Source: an uncultured bacterium
GTDB taxonomy: Bacteria > Zixibacteria > MSB-5A5 > UBA10806
Direction of reading: 5' to 3'
DNA length: 61,615 nucleotides
NCBI GenBank assembly: GCA_965541585.1
Contig: CBEUCH010000019.1
Span: 1-61,615, forward strand
Part shown: piece after piece, positions 9,737 through 19,779 of the stretch
How positions within the stretch are numbered: the stretch's first letter is position 1
Layout of the letters: every line of letters begins with the position of its first letter
Notes under the pieces: generated by a model
The model's input: the letters and a program-made list of their open reading frames with translations, nothing else
Told to the model about the DNA's origin: nothing
The model's database searches: none
Translations under genes and position numbers: made by a program

Positions 9737-10732
9737 ATGCCTGCAAATTTGCCGCCACAATATTACGAGCTCGAAAGAGAATTCAAAAAAGAGAAAGACA
9801 GTCATGAGAAATTGCGGCTGGCCAAGGAGCTTTTGGCGCTTATGCCGAAGCACAAAGGGACGGATAAGCTTCAAGCCGAACTCAAAGCCAAGATATCGAA
9901 ACTGAAGAAACAGATCGAGGGCGGCGCCAAAAAGCACGGCGCCCGGCGAGTCGATTCACATGACCATATCGATAAAGAAGGCGCGGCCCAGATCATCCTG
10001 ATCGGCCCTCCCAACTCGGGGAAATCGAGCCTGCTCGATATCCTGACCAATTCCAAACCGCTCGTCGGCGATTATCCATATACCACGCGCGCCCCGATGG
10101 CCGGAATGATGACCTTCGAAACCGTCCAGTACCAATTGATCGACACGCCGCCTATCTCGGAGGAGCAGTTTGAGTCTTTCATGCCGAACTTGATCCGCCA
10201 GGCCGACCTGATTGTGGTGGTGGCCGACGTTTCCACCACAGGTGTCGAAAATCGTCTAAAAGCGCTGTTTAATCGATTGGAGGAAAAAAGAATTATCCTG
10301 ACTTCGATGATTCCTGAGAAGATCGACGATCCCCGATTTGCCCACAAGAAAGCAATCATAGCCGCTCATAAATTTCTCGATGAAAACAGCGAAAGCGGCC
10401 TGGATAAGATCAGGAAGCGCTATTCGGAATTTACAATCATCCCCACATCCATTCTCGATGAGGGCTCGCTGGATAATTTCAGGACTGCCATTTTTGACTC
10501 GCTGGGAATAATGAGAGTCTATACCAAGCGTACCGGGCATGAGGTGGATTACACCGATCCGATCGTTCTACCGATCGGGGGAACGGTCGAGGATGCCGCC
10601 AGGGCGATTCATAAGGATTTCGCCCACAAACTAAAATTCGCCAAGATCTGGGGCGAGGGGAAATTCGAGGGCCAGAGAGTGAAAAACAGTTTCATACTCT
10701 CCGATAAAGACGTTATTGAATTCCATATTTAG
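9737..10732 (+). CDS. DRG/OBG-family GTPase with C-terminal TGS domain
   Basis: MPANLPPQY...PKHKGT N-terminus, G1 GPPNSGKSS, G2 DYPYTT, G3 DTPP, TGS motif TVEDAARAIHKDF...AKIWG. Confidence 0.9.
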   Translation: MPANLPPQYYELEREFKKEKDSHEKLRLAKELLALMPKHKGTDKLQAELKAKISKLKKQIEGGAKKHGARRVDSHDHIDKEGAAQIILIGPPNSGKSSLLDILTNSKPLVGDYPYTTRAPMAGMMTFETVQYQLIDTPPISEEQFESFMPNLIRQADLIVVVADVSTTGVENRLKALFNRLEEKRIILTSMIPEKIDDPRFAHKKAIIAAHKFLDENSESGLDKIRKRYSEFTIIPTSILDEGSLDNFRTAIFDSLGIMRVYTKRTGHEVDYTDPIVLPIGGTVEDAARAIHKDFAHKLKFAKIWGEGKFEGQRVKNSFILSDKDVIEFHI

Positions 10733-10811
10733 TTTTAGCACAGGGTAAACTCAAACGTTCAAAAGGCAGATGCCTGCATAAAAAACCAGACCGGAAACCA
10801 GGGCGGTTTGT

Positions 10812-12353
10812 CTATTTGCCTGTGGCGGCCTCAAGCCTCCGGATGCGGGCCTTCAACGTCTCCAGATTTTCATTTTCGGGATTGCCGTCCACGAAAGCCT
10901 TGAGCCAGTGGATGGCGCTGGAGGTATCGTATAATGCAGTCTCATATAGATTCGCGAGCCTGATGGGAGCGAATCTCCCCTCGGGCAGAAGTGGAAAACT
11001 CTGATATAATTGCGTGAGTATCCGGGCGGCTTGGTCGTGATCCTCTTGCTCGGTGTAGCATCTCACCAGATATCCCATAGCCCGGGAGATGGAGACGGGG
11101 TTTTGCCCGGTCAGATCTGCATACTTGCTGATATATTTCTCGGCGTTATCAAAAGCTTTTTGCGCCAATTCAGTCTGCCCCCTCGACCTGTAACGATTGG
11201 CTATATACAGGGCGGCCTCGAAAGCCTTGTCCGTACCCGGGAAACTACCCTGAATATAATCCAGCTGACCCTTGGATAATTCCCATTTCCCTTCCATGTC
11301 GTAGCAGAGCGCGATTAGATAATTGGCATCCAGAATAGTCGCCTGGTTCACATGAGGCAGCCTTTCGATGTTGCCGACGGCCTGACGAGATTCGGAAAAC
11401 ATTCTCCGTTCAAACAGGCTGAGACCCAGCCCCAGGTAAGCAGAGGCCAGTTGCCCGTCATCGGGATGGGATGAGATAAACTCCCGGTAAGTTTGTTCGG
11501 CTTTTCTGGAATCTCTCAGATTGTTCATATAGATGTTAGCAATCATCATCAATATATTCGGAGAAATAATCCGCGTGTTTTCGTTCCGGGTCGATTGCAA
11601 TACCTCTATTGCTTCGGTAAACCTGCCTTGCTTTAAGTAGCTTGCGGCTATTTTTCCGGTAGCGGCGGCTTCCAGCGGTGAATCGGGGTATTTTTGGATA
11701 AGGTCATTATAATAGTCTCTGGCAGTTTCCAGCCGTCTTCCGAATTCTAGCGAGTTACCCGCCATCAGCCACATTTCGGCGGCCTTAATGGGGGCGGCGA
11801 GTGCATTGAGATTGAGGCTGTCGGGCGTGATAATTCTTCTGTAACCGATGGCCAGAGAATCGTAAGATGCTGCTGCCTCCGGAAATCGCCGGGCTTTCTC
11901 CATCGTCAGGGCAATTAAGTTTATGACGCCGTTTTCCCGTAGATCATCGGTGGCGGGGTGGCCAATTACGGCCTCGAAATGGAACAGGGCCTTGTCATAC
12001 ATCTCTTGGTCAAGGTATATGATCCCCATTCTGGTATTCGCCATTAAAGCCAGCGCCCAAGCTTCTTTTTTTGCATCGGCGGCATCAGCAACCTCCTGGC
12101 TATCCCGGGGCGGCGAGATCTTGAGTGTGATGGCCGCATATGCCTCAACCAGAGAGTTGAGATCCTCCTCTGACAGCGAAGGCCCTTTTATCGATAACTC
12201 TTTGCCCAGCCGGTCGGCATCGGCCATCATCTTCTCCATTTCGAACCGAATGCCTATATCGGTCTTCTTACCGCAGCCGGTAAAGAGCGATAATGACAAG
12301 ACTGAGACCATAAGGAGAAAGACGGGTGTTCTAAGGTCTCTGAATCTCTTCAC
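10812..12353 (-). CDS. Tetratricopeptide-repeat lipoprotein
   Basis: Lipobox LFTGC and repeated TPR-like helices (YP.S..A..A, AY.GLG). Confidence 0.8.
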   Translation of the reverse strand: MKRFRDLRTPVFLLMVSVLSLSLFTGCGKKTDIGIRFEMEKMMADADRLGKELSIKGPSLSEEDLNSLVEAYAAITLKISPPRDSQEVADAADAKKEAWALALMANTRMGIIYLDQEMYDKALFHFEAVIGHPATDDLRENGVINLIALTMEKARRFPEAAASYDSLAIGYRRIITPDSLNLNALAAPIKAAEMWLMAGNSLEFGRRLETARDYYNDLIQKYPDSPLEAAATGKIAASYLKQGRFTEAIEVLQSTRNENTRIISPNILMMIANIYMNNLRDSRKAEQTYREFISSHPDDGQLASAYLGLGLSLFERRMFSESRQAVGNIERLPHVNQATILDANYLIALCYDMEGKWELSKGQLDYIQGSFPGTDKAFEAALYIANRYRSRGQTELAQKAFDNAEKYISKYADLTGQNPVSISRAMGYLVRCYTEQEDHDQAARILTQLYQSFPLLPEGRFAPIRLANLYETALYDTSSAIHWLKAFVDGNPENENLETLKARIRRLEAATGK

Positions 12354-12567
12354 GTCTCCTCCAATAGAAGATTATCGACAACCTGCTCCTGCATCACCCA
12401 ACTATTACCCCGGAGCATAATTTCAAGTTCCGTGTTAGCAGTATACCATTATTATTTTTCGGAAGAAACAACAGATATATGAGAAAGTCATCTATTTGAA
12501 GCTATTCTCCGGGTGTCGGGCAGATACATAAGCCTTCGACGGTTCAGGTGAAATCCAATTATACTAT

Positions 12568-12584
12568 GGAGGGGCCGCCCCTCC
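12568..12584 (-). terminator. GC hairpin immediately after the transketolase-like gene
   Basis: GGAGGGG-CCG-CCCCTCC, 7 nt past the stop. No clear U-tract. Confidence 0.45.
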
Positions 12585-12591
12585 GGCAATT

Positions 12592-14967
12592 TTATCCTTT
12601 AGATTCGCTGTCTTTAATATATTTCTGTATCGCCTGCCACTGTGTGGGGCCGTCCAAGCCTACCTCCTCGAGGACTTTTTCCGCCTTGCCGCTGCCGGGG
12701 TAGATACCCCGCAAGTATGCAAACAATGAATGCTTGCGGCCGAAATCGGATGTTATCCAGTAATACATGGTGGGCATGGTGAAATCGGTGATCCCCATGG
12801 CCTCATGTCTTCTTTCCTCTGGCAAGATTGCTTTTTGCCTGTCTTCAGGAAGGAGGAAGAAAAGCTCGGCGCTCGAAACGTAATAGACGTTGATGTTGTA
12901 ATTGTTATCATCCAGATGAGGCAATACGAGCGGGACAAAATCGTTGGCGACAGCGCTTCCCTGAATAATGATCGTGCCATGATATGGCTTTTTATCCGGG
13001 TCGCCCTTGCGGAACTGATATACACCTTCGACCGCAGCCGTGGCCGGGGGCAATTTGTATTTTTCTCTGTCGAATACCGTCTCGTTGGGGCGGGTAACGA
13101 ATGGGGCCAGAAGCGAGGGTCTCTTTTTCAAACCCTCGATCGTAAGGGGCCATAGCTCCTGCGGATCCCAGGGCGTGATTGTAATGGCGTGTCCTCTAGG
13201 GAAATTTTCCTGCAGTAGCTGGAGAGCCTGCGGATCGGCGTGAGTGGGGCCGTCCTCTCCGGTCTTCAACCCGGCATGACCGCAGATCATAATGAAGGTT
13301 TTGAACGGTTCACCTGAAAACGCGTGTCTGGCCTGCTGGCTGATACAGTGAACCCTGGCGGCGATATGCTCCAGTGCGGCGATGAAGGCCGCATAAGACG
13401 CAGTTACCCCGATATGATATCCGAATGACGATAGACCGGTCATAAACGCGCCCAGAGCATCTTCGCAGATACCACCGACTGCGATGAGGCGGGATTCGGG
13501 ATTATTTATAAAATTGTAAAATCCATCGGGAAAACCATCCCCGAGCTTGTTTACCGATGTTGAACCCAGAAGATCTGCAGCCCCGGCGATGAACGCTCCC
13601 CCGGTTAGATCATTCAGGTAACCGAGAGACTTTCCCAGCTCCCCTCGCAGCGTCGCCTGTGTCCCTGGTTTGAGCTTCAGCTTTTCAGGAATCGCCTTTG
13701 AATCTATTGAGCTGTCTGTATACAGAAGGCTCAGGTCGGAAACACCTTCGCGGGGAGTACGCCCCAGGGCGGCAAGACGTTCCCTGCTCTGACGGATTTT
13801 TTCTCCGACATAGCCCGACATGTCCGTTTCTCGTTCGGCCACGTCACGCAAAATGAGCAATGTATCGAAATAGAGCTGCTCGATTTCTTCCGGTGATTTT
13901 TGATCCGCATGACGGGGGAATTTTACTTTGAAAGCCGTCTCGAACTCCCTTAAGGATTCATAATATTCCGGCGAGCAGAATTTATGCCCCGCCCCATGAG
14001 ACTTTTTCCCCTCGATCCCGTATTTCCAGCCCTTTACTGTCTTGTAAACTATCGCTGTTGGCTGATCGTTAATCCCCTCCCTGGCCAGTTGCTGCGCGCG
14101 TATGATCATATCGTAATCGAAACCATCAGGAACCCGGATCACATTCCAATCGTGAAGGTAAAAGAACTCGAGGGGGTTCCACTGAACATAGTCGCCGGGT
14201 AGATCCCCGTCACGACAGACCCTGTTGGAATCGATGGAAGCCTGATTCCAGTCAACATGGACGATCAGATTCTTTAGCTGGGCCGTGGCGGCTGCTGCTG
14301 AAGCCTCGGAAACCCTTCCCGGGGTCATCCCTCCTTCTCCCTCAATAATGTGAACGGTGGGAGCGTTGCGGCCGTATCTGTCAAGAGCTCCCAGAGCCAG
14401 ACCATAGGAGGCGGGGATGCCTACGCCCGACGGCCCGGTGGACAATCTCAAAAACGGCGTTAGCGGCGTCGGATGACCGTCGAGCGGCTTGGCCTTAAAT
14501 TTCTTGAAAAGAGGGGTATCCTGAACAGGATTCCTGCGGAAACCGAGCATGTCCTCGAGGCGAAGTTGTTTTTCCGGCTCCGGCAGTAGATCGGGTTGGC
14601 TGGCGCGAACCATCTCGTTGCGGGAGGCCCACATGGCATAAAGACCCAGCGCCTTATGGCCTGCGGCGTAGCTGATGAGGTCGGCATCAGGTTGGTCAGG
14701 GTCTCCGATGTTGTAGTCCATGGTTTCGATTATGGCCGAAGCAACCATGTGCCCTGAGGATACGCTGCCTCCCGGATGACCCGACGTGGGAACAAAATTG
14801 TAGAGGATAGCGCATAACGTACGATACCAGAGATCGTATTTATCCAAGGCGCTGATGGTTTCTGCGCTCACGGGGTTGGGTTGATCCGGGAGTTCGGAAA
14901 TGTCGATATAAATGCCTCTCCTTGCCCCGAACTCCAGCTTCTTATTGGCGATTTTATTTACAAACAT
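12592..14967 (-). CDS. Transketolase-like TPP-dependent enzyme (single chain)
   Basis: SGHPGGS, LDGHP, STGPSGVG and GEDGPTH motifs. The TPP-binding motif reads GEG...N. Confidence 0.85.
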   Translation of the reverse strand: MFVNKIANKKLEFGARRGIYIDISELPDQPNPVSAETISALDKYDLWYRTLCAILYNFVPTSGHPGGSVSSGHMVASAIIETMDYNIGDPDQPDADLISYAAGHKALGLYAMWASRNEMVRASQPDLLPEPEKQLRLEDMLGFRRNPVQDTPLFKKFKAKPLDGHPTPLTPFLRLSTGPSGVGIPASYGLALGALDRYGRNAPTVHIIEGEGGMTPGRVSEASAAAATAQLKNLIVHVDWNQASIDSNRVCRDGDLPGDYVQWNPLEFFYLHDWNVIRVPDGFDYDMIIRAQQLAREGINDQPTAIVYKTVKGWKYGIEGKKSHGAGHKFCSPEYYESLREFETAFKVKFPRHADQKSPEEIEQLYFDTLLILRDVAERETDMSGYVGEKIRQSRERLAALGRTPREGVSDLSLLYTDSSIDSKAIPEKLKLKPGTQATLRGELGKSLGYLNDLTGGAFIAGAADLLGSTSVNKLGDGFPDGFYNFINNPESRLIAVGGICEDALGAFMTGLSSFGYHIGVTASYAAFIAALEHIAARVHCISQQARHAFSGEPFKTFIMICGHAGLKTGEDGPTHADPQALQLLQENFPRGHAITITPWDPQELWPLTIEGLKKRPSLLAPFVTRPNETVFDREKYKLPPATAAVEGVYQFRKGDPDKKPYHGTIIIQGSAVANDFVPLVLPHLDDNNYNINVYYVSSAELFFLLPEDRQKAILPEERRHEAMGITDFTMPTMYYWITSDFGRKHSLFAYLRGIYPGSGKAEKVLEEVGLDGPTQWQAIQKYIKDSESKG

Positions 14968-15242
14968 GGTCCCTTCCTCTTGAATCTATTCAATTCATTT
15001 AGCCGATAAGATATACATATTGTCTTAAGCGTCAAGCGCCATTTTTCACAAGCTTTGAGCTATCGGAAACGATAATTGTTTGCCTTTATACGCAATCGGG
15101 AATAGATTAGATAGGAACCGATACATGCTTTCGAGCGGAGTCGCAGAAGAACGTGAGGGGTACTATGAATCAAGGATGTTTTATTCGATGCGCAGGATCA
15201 TTTCGGATCGTTGTCGATATTTTTCCTTAAAGGAGTCCGGAT

Positions 15243-15740
15243 TTGTCCTGGTTTGAAATAGTACTTTTTATCTTAACTGTAGTCGTTATGCTGATAGGCC
15301 TGGTGGGCGTAGTTCTGCCGGTTATGCCGGGAGTGCCGATCATTTTCGGTGCGGCTTTATTATATGCTCTGCTTACCGGTTTTTCGACCATCAGCGGTCA
15401 GACGCTGATCATCTTCGCTCTATTGACCGTCTTTTCAATTGTTCTCGACTGGATAGCAAGCGTCATGGGTGTGAAGAAAATGGGCGGTTCTTATGCCGGT
15501 ATGATCGGTGCCTTTATCGGTATGGTTGTAGGCTTCTTGCTACCGGGGGTGGGCCTCATCGGTTTTATCATCGGCGCTTTTGCCGGGGCCTACGCAATGG
15601 AGCTTCTAATCAATAAAGATACGCGGGTTGCACTGCGGGCCGGCCTGGGAAGCTTCTTAGGTTTTCTGGCAGGCGGATTGATGAAATTTGTAATTGGCGT
15701 GATTATCATCAGCATTTTTGTCTGGCAAGTTTTTTCTTGA
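15243..15740 (+). CDS. DUF456-family membrane protein
   Basis: GLVGVVLPVMPG and G-rich helices (GAFIG, G.FAGA.A.E). TTG start with RBS AAGGAG. Confidence 0.85.
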   Translation: MSWFEIVLFILTVVVMLIGLVGVVLPVMPGVPIIFGAALLYALLTGFSTISGQTLIIFALLTVFSIVLDWIASVMGVKKMGGSYAGMIGAFIGMVVGFLLPGVGLIGFIIGAFAGAYAMELLINKDTRVALRAGLGSFLGFLAGGLMKFVIGVIIISIFVWQVFS

Positions 15741-15915
15741 AATGCAGCTTTTGCTATGGAACCTATCCCCGGTGTGATTTCCGATCCGGGTCGCCCTCAA
15801 ATGTGGATCTTGACAACAAGGTCGGGATTATTCTTATTATGCAGTCTGAAGAGTTCGAAGTAACGTGAGGAGCAATAAAGGCAAGGTCTCGAGAAATGGG
15901 AACAACAGCGAGGAG

Positions 15916-17100
15916 ATGATGAACATTAGAAAAACCGCAGCTTCCGTTTTAATTATAGGCGCTATCATCGTCGGAACTGCAGATGCGCAGAAGCCCGAAA
16001 GCTTTGACGAAGCAAAATCGCTGTCGGCGAGTCAAAACAAGCTACTTCTCCTGGAATTCTTTCGCGAGGGGTGAGAGTACTGTGAGCTTTCCGCTCGTGA
16101 AGCGGAATCGGAGGATGTCATTAAGAATGCCGTGCAATCGTTAATACATTTTCCGCTAAATGCCAAGGAAGGCGAGGGCGTCGAATTATCCAGACAGTAT
16201 AAGATAGGAAGTCATTTTCCGGTCTTTATTCTGGCAAATAGCTCCGGCGATATCATATACCGCTGGACCGGCTATACGGGATCGAGTCGTTTTATCAGTT
16301 CCCTGAAAAAAGGATTATCGGATCTTACAACTCTAGATGAGCGTATAGGCAGACTACAGGCCAACCCCTCGTTCTCTGATGCTTTATTTCTTGCCAGCTA
16401 TAACTCCGATGCGGGGGAACATTTGAAAGCCGTGGAATATTACCGGCAGGCGGGAAGCCTCGCTACAAGAAAGGGTTCCGATTATTCGTATGAGATTTTC
16501 CAGAATACCGCTAATGCGGTATGGAAAGATATGACTGAGTTCGATGAAGTCCTGCCCGCCGCCGATGGAGTATTGAACTCAAAGAGAAAAGGAACGAATA
16601 ATATCGTCAAGATGACGCGGATGATGACCAGGCTGGCGCGGAAATTTGATAAGACGGATAAAATAGCGAAATACCTTCAGGCAGGCATCGATGCGACGGC
16701 AAATGGCCGCACTGAATCGGTCCGGAAATCCAACAGGCTTTTTTCGGCCGATTACGCATTATATGTTAGAAAAGATACGCTCGAGGCGGTCGAGATCAAA
16801 AAAGCAGGTATGGGGGATAACTGGTCGTCCAATCCGGAAAAATATTATGGATACGCCAAATGGTGTCTGGAGAGAAAGATAATGCTCGTAGAAGCGGAAC
16901 ATTATGCACGCGAGGCGGGAAAACGGGCGTATGCCGGCGAGTTCAGGGCGACAGTGCTGAATACGCTGGCCGAGATGATCTATATCCGCGGCGATACGAA
17001 AGAAGCGATCAGGCTGATCGAAATGGCTATCGAGCAGGACCCGGAAAACGATTCTTATAAGGATCAGCGGAAACGCTTCCAGGAGGATTTGGGGGGCTGA
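15916..17100 (+). CDS. Exported thioredoxin-fold plus TPR protein, probable selenoprotein (UEYC, Sec at TGA 16072-16074)
   Basis: ORFs 15865..16074 and 16132..17100 are in frame with 19 open codons between them. Read-through gives SFDEAKSLSASQNKLLLLEFFREG-U-EYC...FP, a thioredoxin-like CxxC position and cis-Pro loop. Signal peptide and C-terminal TPR present. Start at 15916 or 15919. Confidence 0.88.
16089..16107 (+). promoter_or_regulatory. Putative SECIS element of the thioredoxin-TPR gene
   Basis: Perfect 7-bp stem TTCCGCT/AGCGGAA with loop CGTGA, starting 14 nt after the UGA. Confidence 0.7.
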
Positions 17101-17345
17101 GAAGAGAAATTGGATTTCGGATCATTCTAAAGCAATTGGCAGCCGGAGGCCTGATCAGGTTTCCATTCATTTTGAATTCCGGAATTAAAAGGGTGTATAT
17201 GTTAACGAGAAATATGAGTATTTTTCTGGGAATATTGCAGCCAGGGAGAATCCGGAGGAAGATTACCCTTGTTTATTCCTGTTTGCAGACCTAACTTGAG
17301 AATTGTTTTGGAGGAATATTCAACAAACCGTAAAGGAGGCGAGGG

Positions 17346-18356
17346 ATGGCTTTTGAAAGCGATAGCATAGAGGAATTTTTAAGAAAGATTCCACGCAAGA
17401 GTAAAAGGAGACTCATTGTCTTGGGCATCGGGGCGATTGCGGTGATCGCCTTTCTGGCCACAACCTTTTATTCGGTGCGTACGGATTCGGTGGGCGTGAT
17501 CCAGCGTTTTGGGGGATATACCAGAACCACTCAGCCCGGGTTGCACATGAAGATCCCATTAGGAATCGAGGTGGTTACCACGGTGCCGGTGACGCGCATT
17601 GAGACCCTGGAATTTGGTTTCAGAACGGCACGGCCCGGAGTCAGGACGACTCGAAGCAAGCAAGCTTTCCTGGGCGAATCTTTGATGCTGACCGGAGACC
17701 TCAACGTGGTGGTGGTTGATTGGATAGTCCAGTATAAGGTGAAAGACCCCAAGGAATTCCTTTTCAATGTGGTGCACGTGGAAGAGACTATTCGAGACGT
17801 TTCCGAGGCTGCCATGCGTCAGGTGGTGGGAGATAGAAGCGTGGATGGCGTCCTTACGATCGAGCGTATCCTGGTCGGCGAGGAGGCGGCGCGGAGTATG
17901 CAGGAGATTCTGGATGGCTACAAGGCAGGTATCCAGATAGTGACCGTGAAGCTTCAGGATGTGACGCCGCCCGATAAGGTCAAGCCGGCGTTCAATGCCG
18001 TCAACGAATCCAAGCAGGAAAAAGAGCAGATGATCAACGAGGCCATGAAGGAATACAATACCATTATCCCCAAAGCCAGGGGGGAGGCCGAAAGGATGAT
18101 CAAAGAGGCTGATGGTTACGCCATCGACAGGGTTAACCGGGCCGAGGGAGACGCCTCGCGATTCGTTCAGCTCTTTAAACAGTATGCCAGGGCCAAGGAT
18201 GTTACGCGAAGACGACTATATATGGAGACCATGGCCAAGGTCCTCCCGCAGGTGGAGAAGAAATATATCATCGATGAAAGCGAAAATGGAATTCTCAGGC
18301 TCCTCCCCCTGGGTGAGTCTGGCGCTATCACATCGAGAAAGGGGCAAGGACAATGA
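17346..18356 (+). CDS. hflK: FtsH protease modulator HflK
   Basis: SPFH domain (MLTGDLN, LQDVTPP, IPKARGEA, TRRRLYMET), paired with hflC. Confidence 0.92.
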   Translation: MAFESDSIEEFLRKIPRKSKRRLIVLGIGAIAVIAFLATTFYSVRTDSVGVIQRFGGYTRTTQPGLHMKIPLGIEVVTTVPVTRIETLEFGFRTARPGVRTTRSKQAFLGESLMLTGDLNVVVVDWIVQYKVKDPKEFLFNVVHVEETIRDVSEAAMRQVVGDRSVDGVLTIERILVGEEAARSMQEILDGYKAGIQIVTVKLQDVTPPDKVKPAFNAVNESKQEKEQMINEAMKEYNTIIPKARGEAERMIKEADGYAIDRVNRAEGDASRFVQLFKQYARAKDVTRRRLYMETMAKVLPQVEKKYIIDESENGILRLLPLGESGAITSRKGQGQ

Positions 18357-19279
18357 AAAATATAAAATTGATCATCGGCGGGGCCATTGCCCTTGCAGTT
18401 CTCATCGTGCTTTCCAGCGCTCTGTATACCGTGGATCAGACGCAACAGGTGGTCATCACGCAATTCGGAGAGCCGATCAGAGTGGTGAAGGATCCGGGGC
18501 TGCATATCAAGACCCCGTTCGTTCAGCAGGCCACGACTTTCGAGAAGCGGATCCTGGAATGGGACGGCCGCGCTACCCAGATTCCCACCAAGGATAAGAA
18601 ATTTATCCTGGTTGACACCTACGCTCGCTGGCGGATAGCCGATCCGTTGAAATTCTACCAATCCGTCGGGGGAGAATTAGGAGCCCAGACGAGACTGGAC
18701 AACGTCATCGATGCCGCTGTGCGGGACATCGTAACCGAACAACTCTTAATCGAGGTGGTCAGGAACTCCAACCAGCCCCTGGTGCAATCGGAGGGCGAAG
18801 AGATAGAGAGAGAGGTGCTGGAAATCGAGAAGGGGCGGGAGCAACTCACGCGTGAAATTCTCGAAAGAGCCCTGGAGATGACTCCCCAGTATGGGATCGA
18901 GTTGGTCGATGTTCGGGTGAAGCATATCAATTATGTCCAGAGTGTGCGGGAAAAGGTTTTCTCGAGAATGATCGCCGAGAGAGAGCGGATTGCCGAGCAA
19001 TACCGTTCCGAGGGTCGGGGTGAGCGCTCCAAAATCCTGGGAGATATGAAAAGGGATCTCCAGAAGATTACATCCGAAGCCTACAGGACGGCGCAGGAGA
19101 TCAAAGGCAAGGCCGACGGACAATCTACAAAGATCTATGCTAACGCTTATAGCAAAGACCCCGAGTTCTATTCATTCTTGAAGGCCCTTGAATCTTACCC
19201 TGATGCTATAGGTAAAGAATCCTGGCTTATACTGACCACCGATTCGGATTTCTTTAGATATTTGAAGAGGATACGCTGA
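18353..19279 (+). CDS. hflC: FtsH protease modulator HflC
   Basis: ITQFGEP, TKDKK, ARWRI.DP, RMIAERERIA, DPEFYSF; ATGA overlap with hflK. Confidence 0.93.
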   Translation: MKNIKLIIGGAIALAVLIVLSSALYTVDQTQQVVITQFGEPIRVVKDPGLHIKTPFVQQATTFEKRILEWDGRATQIPTKDKKFILVDTYARWRIADPLKFYQSVGGELGAQTRLDNVIDAAVRDIVTEQLLIEVVRNSNQPLVQSEGEEIEREVLEIEKGREQLTREILERALEMTPQYGIELVDVRVKHINYVQSVREKVFSRMIAERERIAEQYRSEGRGERSKILGDMKRDLQKITSEAYRTAQEIKGKADGQSTKIYANAYSKDPEFYSFLKALESYPDAIGKESWLILTTDSDFFRYLKRIR

Positions 19280-19308
19280 GCGCAGGCAGCTAAATTAGAG
19301 CATTACGC

Positions 19309-19334
19309 GGTGTCGGGTCTCGAGACCCGACACC
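19309..19334. repeat. Perfect 26-bp extragenic palindrome (REP-like)
   Basis: GGTGTCGGGTCTC-GAGACCCGACACC downstream of hflC. Confidence 0.75.
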
Positions 19335-19410
19335 CGCCTCTGTCGGGGAACTTGTGGCGGAACTCTTCTTATAGTTGATACGTAATATTCATCAAGGGAG
19401 GATATGATCC

Positions 19411-19764
19411 ATGAGTATTACCGACATCAAAATCAAAACGGCTACTCTCGTATTAAGTGTTCTGATAATGAGCTGCACCAGCTATTCGACCAGACAGCTT
19501 TTGAATGTCCATCTGGAGATGTCTAAAGCCAATGTTATGTCGGTTCTCGACGAGCCGGCTACGGTGCGTGAATCGTTGACGAACAGATACGGGCAGCTAG
19601 TTGAGGTCTGGGAATACGAACTGTATAAGCCGAATCACACGTCACCGACGCCATACTGGATGTATTTCCACGACGGCACGCTGGTGAAGTGGTGCGAAGG
19701 CGGAAGTTGGAGAATCTGGGAGGAGAGAGCAGACGAAATATATGAAATGAGGTTTCCGGAGTAG
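19411..19764 (+). CDS. Small lipoprotein, SmpA/BamE-like fold
   Basis: Lipobox-like LIMSC, MSK..V..VL..P, EVWEY, F.DG.LV.W. RBS GGAGG. Confidence 0.7.
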   Translation: MSITDIKIKTATLVLSVLIMSCTSYSTRQLLNVHLEMSKANVMSVLDEPATVRESLTNRYGQLVEVWEYELYKPNHTSPTPYWMYFHDGTLVKWCEGGSWRIWEERADEIYEMRFPE

Positions 19765-19779
19765 GATGGCCCAATTATC

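Noticed and set aside
15002..15009. GCCGATAA sigma28 -10 box
   Set aside because: No TAAA-like -35 at the correct spacing.
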